A stretch of DNA of 61,929 nucleotides, filler included, from Basidiobolus ranarum (GCA_040143965.1; 22 parts of 22 records of this genome joined end to end with filler, not necessarily neighbours in it), one strand, 5' to 3'; counted from the whole stretch's first letter, positions 22,739-36,769 are shown. Program-made: numbers and translations. Notes: a model not told the origin generated them from the letters alone.

Positions 22739-25010
22739 GTGGGAACTATTCAAGTCAATTTAATTGGAGCTTCTGAAGAGAAAGTATATACTTTTGAGGA
22801 TATACTACATGTTCCAGACATTGCCAAGAATTTAATATCTGTATGCAAGGCCACCTCAGAAGGGCTAAAATTCAATTTTGATAAGTCAGGATGCACCATC
22901 ACAAATCAAAATGGGAATTATTTACCTTTGGGAGAAAAGTATCAAAACATATACAAACTTACGTATAGTCCAACAGGTTTATGTGTTAATATAATTTATT
23001 CTGATTAAGAAACTATTCAATGATGGCATAAGAGCTTTGGCCATATTGAATTTGATTATTTGATCAAAATAATAAAAAATTGCCTAATTTCTGGAATTCA
23101 AATCAACCCCCAACCAAAATGGAAATTTGTGAGGGTTGCATATATGAAAAACAAGCCAGGTAACTGTTCAAGAGCTCTGGTTTAATCAAACTTGTCAAAA
23201 AATTAAATCTAATTTGTTCCGATTTGTGTGGACCCATGCAAAATTTATCTTTAGGTGGAAAAAGATATTTAGTCACATTTGTTGATTATTATACAAGATT
23301 CCCTTGAGTCTACTTAATGGAAAGAAAAGAAGAAGCTCTCTCTATCTTCAGTGATTTTAAAACACTTGTGGAGACTGAAACTGGAACTAAAATCAAGATG
23401 ATACACACTGATTATGGTAGAATATACTTCAACACTCTTTAACCACTTTTGCAAAATTCATGGAATTAAGCAAGAAACTACTGCCCCCTATTCACCTCAC
23501 CAAAATGAAGTTGCTGAAAGAGCTCACAGGACTATAGGAGAAATGGTAAGATCTATGATAAATGCTCAAAATTTATCTCATAACTTTTAGGCAGAATCTG
23601 CTGCTACAGCTGTATATCTGAAGAATAAGAGTTTCACTAGAAGTCTGTCTAACTATTCACCATATCAAGCTTGGTTTGGAGTTACACCTGATGTAAAACA
23701 TTTGAGGATCTTTGGATGCTTTGCTTATGTCAAAATTATGACCAAAAATTGATCTAAATTTGATCCAAAAAGTAAGATATGCATATTTCTAGGTTATTGT
23801 ACTCAAACTAAGGCCTACAGACTCAATGATACCAAAATTTCCAAGTCAATCAAGTCCAGGGATGTTTTGTTCAATGAAAATGAAAAATTATAGCTAAAAC
23901 GACCTCAAATGATAACAAAAATTAATTTTCTCCTGATCCAATCATTCAAATTGATTCAAACTAAAACAATAAATAAAATAATATTCCTGTGGACACTTCA
24001 ACCAAAACTTTGCCTATTTAAGTGCCCAATACAATGCTAGAAGCTGTAGTACCTTTATCTTAAATCAGGAGATCAAATTGGATCAGAAATAGCCCTGATT
24101 ACTACATCAATGAGTCCCAAAATTAGGCCTATGCCTCTACAGCTCAAAAACATAAGCCCCGGACTTTAAAAGAGGCCCTGAATGACCCTTGCACAAAATT
24201 TTGGAGCTCTGCAATGGCTGATGAGTATCAGGCTTTGACTGATAATCAAACTCGGACTTTGACCATCTTACCAGCTAAAAAAAATCAAATGGCTGCCAAT
24301 GTGTGTTTAATGTTGAATACAACTCTGATTGCAATATAGAGAGGTACAAGGCTAGACTAGTGACTAAAGGCTATTCCAAGACATCTGGGATAGATTATAC
24401 AGGAAATTTTGCTCCTGTAGCAAAGTTTGATTCAATTTGATTGATTTTAGCAACTTCAGCTACATATAAGTTTATGATACATCAAATAGATGTTAAGCTG
24501 CTTTTTTTTATGGTGAGCTTGCTGAGGAGAATTGTTGGGTCAGCCAGACCAATTTTTGGACCCATAAAACCCTAAAAAAGTTTGCAGATTCCGGAAAACA
24601 CTATATGGCTTAAAACAATCTCCACAAGCTTGAAGTAGCAAGCTAGATGCTTTTTTGCAAACACTCAAATTCCAAAAGAGTAATGCTGACTATAGTATCT
24701 ACTTCAGGCCTGATAAGTCAAGCCCGGTTTTATTAGCCTTATGTGTAGATGACCTTTTTATAGAAACCAATGACTTAAAGACTTTGGAGAAGCCAAATCC
24801 AGCTTATCTGCCAAATTCAAAATGACTGATCTTGGTGAACTGATGTATTATCTTAGAAACCAAATAAGATAGATAGGCCTACCAAAACAATAACTTTAAG
24901 CCAGTCTAGGTGTATCCTAGATACGTTAAGGAAGTTTAAAATGGAAGAATGCAATCCAGCATCTGCCCCAATGCAGACAAATCTTAACTTGACTAAAAAT
25001 GGCTCAAATT
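22739..25010 (+). mobile_element. Degenerate Copia family B PR-INT-RT
   Basis: DILHVPDIAKNLISV, SDLCGPM, PHQNEVAERAHRTI, CIFLGYC, RYKARLVTKGY, LYGLKQSP, CVDDL (decayed YVDDL). Confidence 0.92.
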
Positions 25011-25433
25011 AGATGTTTTTGAATTCATATTGTTGGACAATTTCTCTTTATTCAACATCATAGTTAACTTTAGTTATGATACATATATCCGAAGCAAAAA
25101 GTAATGTATCTATAGCCCCCATATTCTAAATAGGAATATCTCTATATCTATTTAACAAGTATATTTTATTACCACCACTTATTTATTATATCTTATTACC
25201 CAAATTCCTGAATACCTTGAACTATTGATTTATTTTTCTACTATATAAGTCATCATATACTCTTAAGAGTAAAGCAACTAAAACACACTATCAAAAGTTG
25301 CTTCTAATACTCAAAGTCTCCCCCCATTATGTCNNNNNNNNNNNNNNNNNNNNNNNNNNNNNNNNNNNNNNNNNNNNTTAATTAATTAANNNNNNNNNNN
25401 NNNNNNNNNNNNNNNNNNNNNNNNNNNNNNNNN

Positions 25434-25728
25434 ACAATCAAAAGCTCCAAGATGCTACTTATAAGCACTGATGATTTAGGCCCAGATATGATGGCTAGTA
25501 TCAATAATATCATGACTGTTATACTGTTAAGAAAGAGGAATATTTAAGTTAATTACAATTCTCAACCAGCAAGCTGTTTCAATGCTATATGTGTTTAGTT
25601 AGAAAAAGTCCAGAGTCAATGCAAATGCAAGAACATATGTGTTCTCAAAGAAACCTTGACTTTTCAGAATCTGGTAGTGATAACCATCAAATCTATAGGT
25701 AATACCATCAGCTTTACAATGAGTACTT
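25434..25728 (-). mobile_element. CACTA transposase fragment flanking a Copia 3' LTR
   Basis: Reverse complement of 31909-32140 and homologous to 45210-45500. Confidence 0.85.
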
Positions 25729-28153
25729 TGATAAGAGTGCTTAAGGGATTTGGAAGTGTTTTGGACAATATTTGGATTTGTGAATTAGAAATTTAAGTTT
25801 TCTCAAGTTGAATATGTCCTATTTATATTTTACTATGAAGTAAGACTATTGTATGTGCTTAGATTATAGTAAACATGCCTGTTAAGCATGGGTGAAAACT
25901 TGAGGTGATTTGGAGAAAATTTGAGAAAATAGTTAAAATTGGTAAAAGTGATCTAATTGATATTTCTATCAATTAGAGCAATAAGCACATGTATTTTGAA
26001 TGACAGAGTTGAGTGCTAAATAATGGGAATATGAATAAACTAACTACTAAATAAAGAGTAGCTATTTACCTAATTTAAACATTCTCACTCAACTAATTAT
26101 TTTGTATTTCTCTTAAACCCAACTCATATCTCTATAATTCAAATTGTGCTTTAGCTAAAGGTTTGGATAAGATATCACTATCATTTCTTCAGTAGGCCAA
26201 TAGACAAGTTCAATTATATTGTTCTCTATTGCTTCTCTAACAAATGTTGCCCAATATCTATATGTTTTGTTCTAGCATGAAATGTGGGGTTTTTAGCTAA
26301 TGAAATACAACTTTGAATGTCTTCAAATACAGTAATAGCACACTTTTGCATATATCCTAAGTCTGTAAATAACTTCCTTCACCACATAGCTTCTTGTGTA
26401 GTAGCAGAGGCTGCCATATACTCTGCTTCTGTAGTGGAAAGTGCTACAGTTGGTTGCTTCTTGCTATTCCAAGTTATGGCTCCATTACCATAGGGAGAAG
26501 TGTACTCAGTTGTTATTCTTCTATCATCAAAATTTCTTCCCCAGTTTGCATCACTGTTGCCTTCAAAATTTTGTGCATCAGGAATGGCAGAGTATTCCAG
26601 AACTAGATCTACAGTTCTTCTGCAATACCTGAATATTCATTTTACTGCAATTTTATGCCCAGATCCTGGATTTTTGAGATATTAGCTGACTGTTCCCACT
26701 GCCACAGCAATGTCTGGATGTGTTCCAACCATTGTATACATTAAACTACTCACCATGGATTGATTAGGGAACCCCTGGCTTTGATTTGAGTCATTTTGCG
26801 TCAAATCAGATGAAATTTTGATTAATTTCACATTGGGATCTATCAATGTTGATACAGCCTTGCTTTTCTCCATTTTGAAGGTTTTTAGGATATCTGGGAT
26901 ATATTTAGACTGATTCAGCATGATTTTTAGATTGGATTTATCTCTCTTGATTTAGATTCTAAGAAAATAACTTAATTCACCCATATCAGCCATCTCAAAT
27001 TTGTTTGATTAGCTGTTTTTTGGTCTGATTGGGTGCTTATTGAACAGTTGTGGCAGTGATCAAGTCATCCACATATAGTGCCAGGACAAGGACCTAGTTC
27101 TGGTTGTTTTGATGTAAATACTGTAATCTGCTATGCATTTTTGGAATTCTAGTGATTCCAAATATGTATCTTTCTTTTTGTACCATCCCCTGGGTGCCTG
27201 CTTGAGTCCTTTTAGCAATTTGTTCAGTTTATTAACCATATCAGGATGTTTTCGGTCAAAAAATCCATCTGGTTACTCCATATAAATCTCTTATTCCAGA
27301 TTACCATTGAGAAAGGCTGTTTTTATGTTGATTGGTGTGAATCAAGGTCATGGATGGCTGAAAGTGCCAGAACTGATCTAATGGAGCTAAACTTTGCTAC
27401 TGGAGCAAATGTTTTATTAAAATCAACTCCTGGTGTCTGGGAATAACCTTTTGCAACTAATCTTGCTTTGTACCTTTCTATGGTCCCATTAGCTTGGTTT
27501 TTGACTTTGTTAACCCATTTGCAACCTACGGGCTTTCTCCCAGCTGGTAGAGGACTTGAAACCCATGTTTTATTGTCCTGAAGTGAAGAAAACTCATCAG
27601 ACATTGCCTTCTCCCATAATTTTGATTTTGGACATTCCATAGCTTGATCTAGAGTCTGTGGCTTGTCACAGAATGCTGGATAAGTACATACATCACCATT
27701 GGAAGTGTTCCACCAGTTTCCTGGCTTATTTCTTGTCATGGATGATCTTCGAGGTCCTGAATCATCCTCTGATGGAATTGGGACTGGAACTTTGGTTGAA
27801 TAGGGCTCAGATACAGCTGGTGCTTCATCTGACACTTCCTGAATATTGCTGTTTGTGTTTTCTGGATCAAGAGCTGCAATATGAGGAGCAAAATTTGCTT
27901 TTTCATCAAAAATCAAATTTCTGCACTTAAATAACTTCTGATTTTTGGTATTTAGGAGTGTATAAGCCTTATATCTGTCACAGTAGTCAAGAAATATGCA
28001 TTTGCAGCTTTTTGGATCCAATTTGGAGCATTTTTGAGCTGGAATCAGGTAATTTTCTGTGCAACCAAAGATCCTGAGATGATCTACACTTGATCTTGAT
28101 CCATATAGGGCTTCAAATGGAGTAGAATTTTGTAGCAATCTTGTTGGGCAGCT
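25729..28153 (-). mobile_element. Copia family A 3' half: INT-RT-RNase H, polypurine tract and 3' LTR (25729-26081)
   Basis: ORF 27323-28138 has KPVGCKWV..RYKARLVAKGYSQ..FAPVAK; YVDDL, KQPTVALSTTEAEY; TTGAGTGAGAA immediately precedes the TG...CA LTR. Confidence 0.93.
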
Positions 28154-28490
28154 NNNNNNNNNNNNNNNNNNNNNNNNNNNNNNNNNNNNNNNNNNNNTTA
28201 ATTAATTAANNNNNNNNNNNNNNNNNNNNNNNNNNNNNNNNNNNNNNNNNNNNAAGAGCGAGAGCTTTTGTTACTTAAATTAAGCAATTAATCTCTACAA
28301 CATGGTCATATCATTTCACATATTTACACTCATTTTATTATGACAACTTGTACTTTTTTTCTTCTCAATAAATTTGAGCTTTATTTTACATAATCATTTC
28401 TATTTGGATCAGATTGTTAGTACCAAGTGATTAATACCGTCCTTCCGAAACTACTTCCTTTTTGATATCCTTATTCCGATTCCATCGTTA

Positions 28491-29287
28491 TTATTCATCC
28501 TTTCGAGCGCCATTATCTAACCAGCCAATATCATGGAACCAATCCCATAGTTTTCCCGTCTTATTGACATCTACTCTACACATCCTTTGTGCGTCAGTTT
28601 TACGGAATTGTACTTTTATACGGGATTCGTGTAAGATCACTCTTTTGATGGTGAGTTACTGGTCTGGTTTCAATCTTAATGTCGAAGCAACATCCGCTTC
28701 TTCTGGTAATAGTGTATTATAGAGCGGGTGCCGTGATATATCCAATGGTACACCTATCAATCAAAATATCTGGTAAATACATGAATTTTTATCTTGAATG
28801 CGATGGCCGGGAATTTACCTTTCCAATATACTTTGTATTTCGCAGCAATTTGTGCGTTAATAGGCGGAGTAACTATCTCCTCCTCCAAAGTAGAATCTAA
28901 CATTTTCTTCAGCTTATCTGATTGCAATTTGTGTGTATTAGAGATGTGTTTACGAAGTTGTTCATATTCTGAACTTGGTGGTTTCATTGAATGCTCGATA
29001 TGAATAGTTCCCAATTCGAATAGCCTCTTGGGATTATTTCGATACATATTATCTATGGCATCTAATTTAATTATCCCAAGCTTTAAACGTTCCTCCGCGG
29101 ATACGGGAGATATGATACTACGCTTTGGATATGGATTCTTACGTCTTCGGTGTCGAAGTACCCCTGTGCTAGATCTATGCGTATCTGGAGAATTCATTCT
29201 TTCGTAGTTGACGTTGAGTGTTGGTCCACATTGATGTGTGGCGTGCCGATTTGTCGACGAAATCAATGGTTGGTGCAACATTAACAT
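28491..29287 (-). pseudogene. Fun19/Laf1-like SWIRM-domain gene with an in-frame stop
   Basis: Removing intron 28754-28818 (GTAAAT..GATAG) gives WKGVPLDISRHPLYNTLLPEEADVASTLRLKPDQ*LTIKRVIL..FRKTDAQRMCRVDVNKTGKLWDWFHDIGWL; TAA at 28656-28658. Confidence 0.85.
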
Positions 29288-30779
29288 TTATCCCGTATCA
29301 CCTAAGGGATAGATGGCGCAGGAAAGTTAACTAACCAGCGAGGGTTTTCACTTCTGATATGGATTCCAAAGAAAGAATGCTAATTAATGAGCACTCTTCG
29401 TGAGTAATGCAAACGAAACTAACGAAAACTCTATACGTGATGCTCGCAAGCGCGGCGGTTGTGTTATAACTAACTTGTAGGTTGGTGAAGGCGGGGGAAA
29501 GATGTATTGCTAAATTACCAAATTTGACTGAGTATGTGTTCAAGTATCCCTGTTTATATATACTACCAAGGGAAATTGAGGAGATCTAGCGATTGGCGTA
29601 AGCGGTTGACCCCGAGTCAGATTTATGATACTTACACTTGGTTCCATTTCTTCGCATAATAAACTGAATCAGTGTTTGAATATAAACATGATATGATTAA
29701 CCAACATTAACCAGGTTAACAAGCAGATTTATATTCCCTCTTCTGCCGACCCCTTGCGCACAAGAATTTGAAAATGCATCATTGAGAGGTTCCTCTAAAT
29801 AAATCGGTCAGATGACAAGTTAATCTCTGAACCAAGAAGAGGTTATATAACAAGCATGTTCGGTATTAGCTAAATTTCTACTCCTGCCTCTAGAAAACCA
29901 GTTTAATATCATACAGATATCTTGGAGTGAGATCTTACGGTAATATCAATTTGGAATTCGTCAGATATCACTCATCTGAGCACATCGTGCACTATCTCAG
30001 TCTTGAAGTTTTACCGACCCATTAACTTGGCTCTAATATTAACCACTGATATGTGACTAGACTTAAACGCTGACATCACCAAGAGTATTGGTGGGCATTA
30101 GTGACTCCCCATTTATCCGACCACTGCTATCCAACGATGAAGTGTTGAAAAGTACTATGAACAGAATTCACGCGTAGATAGCTTAGTCTCGCAAACCCTC
30201 GTGACAGTCTATCACAATGAAATAGTTGATAGTGGAATTCAATAGTGTATAGAAACTCTATGCCTTACCATTAGGATAATTCTCACTTGAAGTTTGAAAG
30301 TACGCTTCCCTTGCTTGGTCTGATTTGCTTTAATCACTTGAAATTTCCTTTTCATATTCGACAATATTCCAACTCTCCAACTTCAATGCTTGTCTGTCTT
30401 CCGTAAGGGCCATTCACTGATTTGAACTTTCTAGACTTCTTTTCGCTGATGCTTTTTAATGACAAGCGTGACTTACTAACTTGAGAGAAATAAATCATGG
30501 TTAAATAGCATTCAAATAAAGAGTAAAGTGATGAGACAATAATACCATCTCATGTAATTTATATGAAATTCGATAAATCAATGTCAATCCTGATGACCAT
30601 TAATAAATCTGATTGATTCTAATGAATAAATGCTCAATACGAATGCAGTCAATGAATTCAGCTGCATATATATTAGATATAGAATTGAATTTGGTTAATG
30701 TATTTTATAGGTCTCTATGAGGTTGATGAGGATGACTGATCAATTACTAATGAATACATTCGTGAGTTTGATCAATCAT

Positions 30780-30973
30780 TTATTCGACTTGCTTAGTTGC
30801 TGCAACCATGGCGACGAGAGCTGAACCAATGCAACCGCCATCGCGGGCTAGTTCCAGCTTGATGCGCGCTACCTTCTCCGGGCCAAGCACCACTTCCATT
30901 GAGCGCCTGATACGTCGAGCAAAATATGGGTAAAATTCGTAGACTGAACCATCAATACCAATGGTAATGGTTT
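30780..30973 (-). CDS. Hexokinase/glucokinase C-terminus (partial; not in ORF track)
   Basis: Translates TITIGIDGSVYEFYPYFARRIRRSMEVVLGPEKVARIKLELARDGGCIGSALVAMVAATKQVE*, matching hexokinase DGSVY..YP.F and DGSGxGAAL motifs. Confidence 0.88.
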
Positions 30974-31073
30974 NNNNNNNNNNNNNNNNNNNNNNNNNNN
31001 NNNNNNNNNNNNNNNNNTTAATTAATTAANNNNNNNNNNNNNNNNNNNNNNNNNNNNNNNNNNNNNNNNNNNN

Positions 31074-31908
31074 GAATGCAACAGTGATGCAAACTGGGGA
31101 AGAAATTTTGATGATAGAAGAATAACAACTGAGTACCCTTCTCTCTATGGTAATGGAGCCATAACTTGGAATAGCAAGAAGCAACCAACTGTAGCACTTT
31201 CCACTACAGAAGCAGAGTATATGGCAGCCTCTGCTACTACACAAGAAGCTACGTGGTGAAGGAAGTAATTTACAGACTTAGGATATATGCAAAAGTGTGC
31301 TATTACTGTATTTGAAGATATTCAAAGTTGTGTTTCATTAGCTAAAAACCCCACATTTCATGCTAGAACAAAACATATAGATGTTGGGCATCATTTGTTA
31401 GAGAAGCAATAGAGAACAATATAATTGAACTTGTCTATTGCCCTACTGAAGAAATGATAGTGATGTCTTAACCAAACCTTTAGCTAAAGCACAATTTGAA
31501 TTATAGAGATATAAGTTGGGTTTGAGAGAAATACAAAATATTTAGTTGAGTGAGAATGTTGAAATTACGTAAATAGCAACTCATTATTTAGTAGTTAGTT
31601 TATTCATATTCCCATTATTTAGCACTCAATTCTGTCATTCAAAAAACATGTGCTTTTTGCTCTAATTGATAGATATATCATTTAGATCACTTTTAAAATT
31701 TTAACTATTTTCTCAAATCTTCTCTAAATCACCTCAAATTTTCACCCATGCTTAACAGGCATGTTTACTATAATCCAAGCACATCCAATAGTCCTACTTC
31801 ATAGTAAAATATAAATAGGACATATTCAATTTGATAAAACTTAAATTTCTAATTCACAAATCCAAATATTGTCCAAAACACTTCCAAAACCCCTAAGCAC
31901 TCTTATCA
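31074..31908 (+). mobile_element. Copia family A RNase H, polypurine tract and 3' LTR (31557-31908)
   Basis: WNSKKQPTVALSTTEAEY, HARTKHID; LTR TGTTGAAATT...CTTATCA. Confidence 0.92.
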
Positions 31909-33592
31909 AAGTACTCATTGTAAAGCTGATGGTATTACCTATATACTTGATGGTTATCACAGGACTTTTTCTAACTAAACACATGTAGCATTGAAACAGC
32001 TCGCTGGTTGAAAATTGTAATTAACTTGAATATTCCTCTTTCTTAACAGTATAACAGTCATGATATTATTGATACTAGCCATCATATCTGGGCCTAAATC
32101 ATCAGTGCTTATAAGTAGCATCTTGGAGCTTTTGATTGTGGAATTTCAAAGGTTATCTATTGGGGTTCAGATGGCTGAATATTTCTTTAAAGCTAATATC
32201 ATGGTATGTAATGGTGACACTCCAGCCATCAGTAAACTTGTAGCCTTTTGTAAGCATGATGCACTATCCTGCTGTAGATTTTGGCTAATCAATGGAGTCT
32301 ACTCAATTGGGCATATGGCTTACTATTATCCAAATAAAATGCTAAACTCCATGATTTTACCATCCTGGGCCGGTCAGGCTTCATCATGCTCACTGGAATT
32401 AACTTACCAAATAGTCTGTCTAACCTTAATCTTGGGATTAGCCATAAGCCTAGAATTATATTACTAAAGGGGATCAGCCCGAGCTAGAGTTTCCCATTAG
32501 GTACCATGCACTTACTATTCAATAACATTCTAATTCTACTTACACAGCTATAAAGTGGAGAAAGCAATAAGAATGAGCCTTTCAAGATAGGATCAAGGTT
32601 TGAATCAGTTAGGAAATGCTTGAAAATGTCAAGATTTCAACATCCTTTACCAAAACTCCCATCAATATCTACATAGCAAGGCAGTTATTCCAGTGCAAGG
32701 ACTGGAAGTGTTTGATTTGTATATATACAAGTGGAATCTTGAAAAGAATTCTGCCCAATAAATATTGGCAACATTGGGTGTTATTTGTCAATATTTGTAT
32801 TATATACTTGTGGTATCAACTCACATTGGCAGATCTCAGGCACATATAGTGACTGTGCAAAGATTTTGTACTTGGATATGAAAAACTCTGTTACAAGTTT
32901 AAAGAGGATAGACTGAATCTGCACCAGTATGAAATATATTCCCTGCTGCAGCTTTTACAATATTTAGAGGCTATAGGCCCTTGCTGTATTTTCTGGGAGT
33001 TCCCAATGAAGCACACCTGGGGTGAAATGATGCTCTTGGTGAAGTTGTTGGCATTACTTTATGCAAATCCAAATAACAATGTATCAGCCAAATCAGTCAT
33101 GCATGCAATGTAATGGGCTAAATAGACACCAGAGTATATTAACCTTCCAACATAGGGTGCATTTCAATGAGCTCACAGGTTTTGCATTGTTTGAGCAAAA
33201 TGACAGCAACAAAACCTAATCAATGGACACAGAATAAGTACCTCTACAATATAGACTAATTAGTTTGTGTAATGTTCTCACAGTATTTATAGGAAACCTC
33301 CAAGACAGAACTTTTTGATGAGATAGATTGACATACACAGTATTATTGTTTTATGATGGAGTAATCTATTCAAGAGATAACATATCTACCTGTGGCAGAT
33401 CATTTGTTGGCTGCAAGCATGGGATGTTTTGGATTAATTCAAGAAGAGAACTTGCCTAAATTCAAGATCTTATTCTCATAGTGAATAGTAACAAGAGTGA
33501 GCTATTTACCAAGTGTCAGTGCTATTCAAATTTCAGATATTTAGCAATTTTTCCACCTTTAGTTTGCAGGTAAAGCATACTGAAGTTGCTGA
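31909..33592 (+). mobile_element. CACTA transposase pseudogene
   Basis: IISGPKS..LELLIVEFQRL, GDTPAISKL, KDWKCLICIY, GPC..WEFPM. Confidence 0.88.
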
Positions 33593-33792
33593 CAGGAATA
33601 TGAGACCAGCCTCTAGAAAGATCCCAAGTCCCACTCTATTAGCTCCTGTCTTCTTCAAGTCACACTCTTATAATACTCCAGCCTATGATTCAAGCCAATG
33701 TCTGCACAGCTCTCCTCTCTCAGTCACCATAGCTGATATTGCCAAAGTGCTTAAAAAGCTGCCTCAAAATACTGCACCAGGCAATGATCACA
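33593..33792 (+). mobile_element. Non-LTR (LINE-like) reverse transcriptase N-terminal relic
   Basis: VTIADIAKVLKKLPQNTAPGNDH resembles the T..E+...+K.L...APG.D motif at the start of non-LTR RT domains. Confidence 0.65.
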
Positions 33793-34020
33793 NNNNNNNN
33801 NNNNNNNNNNNNNNNNNNNNNNNNNNNNNNNNNNNNTTAATTAATTAANNNNNNNNNNNNNNNNNNNNNNNNNNNNNNNNNNNNNNNNNNNNCTAAGAAA
33901 AGGCTTTACGAAAAAAGACATTTTTCGATTTTCTTTTGGAGAATAGCCTAGCCTGAGAGGTAGTTAGTAAGCTTGTTAGAATATGCGTTAAAAAAGATGG
34001 TGTTTTCTAGATAAAGGACT

Positions 34021-36525
34021 CTAATTTGAGGTTAAGAATATGCTTTTTCATCAAAAATCACTTTTGCACATAATTAACTTCTGATTTTTGGTAACAAACA
34101 GTCTGTAGGCCTTAGATCCATTGCAGTAACCAAGAAATATGCATTTTCTGCTTTTGGGCTTCAACTTAGAGTATTCTTGAGCTGGATATAAGCAATATAC
34201 TGTGCATCCAAAGATCCTTAAATGGTCCTCACTTTGTTTTGATCCATATAGAACTTCAAATGGATCAGAGTTTTGTAGTAATCTTGTTGGCATCTGCTTT
34301 TGATGTTGCATGCAGTGGAGAGAGATTGAGCCAAATGTTGGTAATCTAACCTTTGATCATGTAACCTTGATCTTGCCATCTCCACTATGGTCCTATTAGT
34401 GTCCTCTGCAACTCCACTTTGCTGTGGAGTATAAGGTACAGTAGTTTGTTGCTTAATTCCATGTTTAGAACAAAAACTAACAAATTCCTTAGGGCAGTGT
34501 TGTCCACCATTATCACTTTTGAGTACCATTATTTTTTGCGCTGTTTCTTTCTCTACAATTGCTTTGTAGTGCTCAAATGTAGTTCAGGCATCAGATTTTT
34601 ATTTGATAAAGAATACACAAGTATATCTTGTTTTATCATCAATAAAGGTCACAAAGTACCTTTGGTCACCTAGTGGGACATTTTTCATGGGTCAACATAG
34701 GTAAAAATGAATCAGGCAAAATTCTGAGTGGATTTGATCTCTCCAGAGCTTCAGAATGACCATAGGTGAGGTATTCTGAATATGAAACCTTCACACAGAT
34801 CTAATTTAGTGCTATTTTCAATTTTTAAGCCTGAAACAAGCTGATTCTGGATCATTTGGGTAAATTTTTGTTCCTGAATATGGCCTAATCTTTGATGCCA
34901 TGTTGTCAGCTTGTTTAACTGGTTTTGGCCAAGGTTGCATACTCAGATTGATATTTGGTGATTACCAGCTTGTATAAGTTTTGAGATTTAATCTCATTCA
35001 CTAATTCGGTATTATTCTGATCTACGCTAGTGCTTCTAGCCATACTGAACACAAAATTCAGTCCTTGAGCTGTTGCTTGGCTTTCTGAGAGTAAGATTTT
35101 GGCTGTATTGGTTTATGGAGTACTTTGTTCAATCTTATAGATAGTGTGACTGATTTTTTGGTTTAAATTGAGCACAACTGTGCCCTTACTAGCTGCTTCC
35201 AGTGCATAGTCAACCTCTAATTAGACATTCCATCTTTGGATATGTTTCAAGCTGGAAAACCAATCTTCCTTTTTTGACATATGCTGGGCAGCCCCTGAAT
35301 CAATGTACCACATTTCTGAATCTTCTCAAGTGGTTACTGATAGGGCTAACACAACATGATGATCCCTATCAGTCCTTACTTGACTGGATTGTTTAATTTT
35401 GGCCTTTTGGCAAAAATCTTTTTTCTGCAATCTTTGATTAAATAGCATAGTTTCTTGCAACACTTGTAGATGATGGATTTCCTATTAGCAGCACCATTAT
35501 TGAATACTGTTGAATATTTCCCAGCTTCAGAAAATGCCTGAGCTGTATTATTTAGATGAGAATTAGATCTCCTTAATTCTTCATTTAAAAGCCTAGCTCC
35601 AGCATATTTCAGTGTTAATGACTCTGAGCTTGATTCTATGGCAATTAAGAGGTTCCTAAACTTGTCTGGTAGGCTCCCAAGTAGTGTCATCACTAAGTCA
35701 TCATCATTTAAAGGTGTTCCAATGAATGAGAGTGGAGCAGCCATGGTTTTTATCAGATTTATATGATCAAGCATAGAATCATCAGAATTCTTCTGAATTG
35801 AGAACAATTCTCACATAAGATATAGCTTAATGCCTGTACCTGTAGTCTCATTTAGTCCTTCAAGTGTTTTCCAAGCAATTTGGACATTTTTGGCTGATTG
35901 TATGAGCCTCAATTGAGAGTCTCTGAGATGTAGACAAGGTGAAGAGAGTGCTTTCCTCTGCTTCTTGTTAAAGGCTAGGAGTGCTTTGGAGGTCCCTTTT
36001 GCTCTATTTCTTCTTCTGTAACAAATCCCCAAAGATCTTTCTCTTCAAGCACCATTTGCATCTTGAACTTACAAAGGTGATCGGCTCTGTCATCAAACTT
36101 CCCTGTAGATATCAAAACATTGGTAATAGTACTGGTAAACCTTCCTTTAACAGCTAGCTTGGGGCTTCTAACCTGATAAAGATGTTTAGGGGATGTGGAA
36201 GTGCTTTGGACAAGACTTGTATTTATGAGTTAGCCACTAAGGTTTTATTGAATTCAATATGTACTATTTATAGTTTACTATGAAATAGAACTATTGGACC
36301 TACTGAGATCATAACAAACATGCCTGTTAAGCATGCATGAAGATTTGAGATGATTTGGAGAGGTTTTGAGAAAAAAGTGAAAATTGATAAAAGTGATATA
36401 ATTGCTATCTCTATCAATTAAAGTTATCAACACATGTTTTTGAATGGCAGAAATGAGTGCTGAATAGTTCAAATATGCATACACTAACTACTTAATAATA
36501 ATTTGCTATTTTCCTAATTTCAACA
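34021..36525 (-). mobile_element. Copia family A 5' half: 5' LTR (36174-36525), PBS, gag, PR, INT
   Basis: LTR TGTTGAAATT..TTTATCA followed by GGTTAGAAGCC; gag (LVMTLLGSLPDKF, decayed knuckle CCKKLCYLIKDC); integrase SDNGG..TPQQSGVAE. Confidence 0.92.
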
Positions 36526-36769
36526 AAATCCTCTTCCCAATTAATAATAATGTTTCAATTAAACTATTTCTTTCCAATTTAGTTAATTTTGGATCTTCAA
36601 GAATAGTATNNNNNNNNNNNNNNNNNNNNNNNNNNNNNNNNNNNNNNNNNNNNTTAATTAATTAANNNNNNNNNNNNNNNNNNNNNNNNNNNNNNNNNNN
36701 NNNNNNNNNCTTATCCTGGGTTTTTGGAAGCAAATGGCAATTGGGCTAGTATAGGCCTATTCATGAAAC

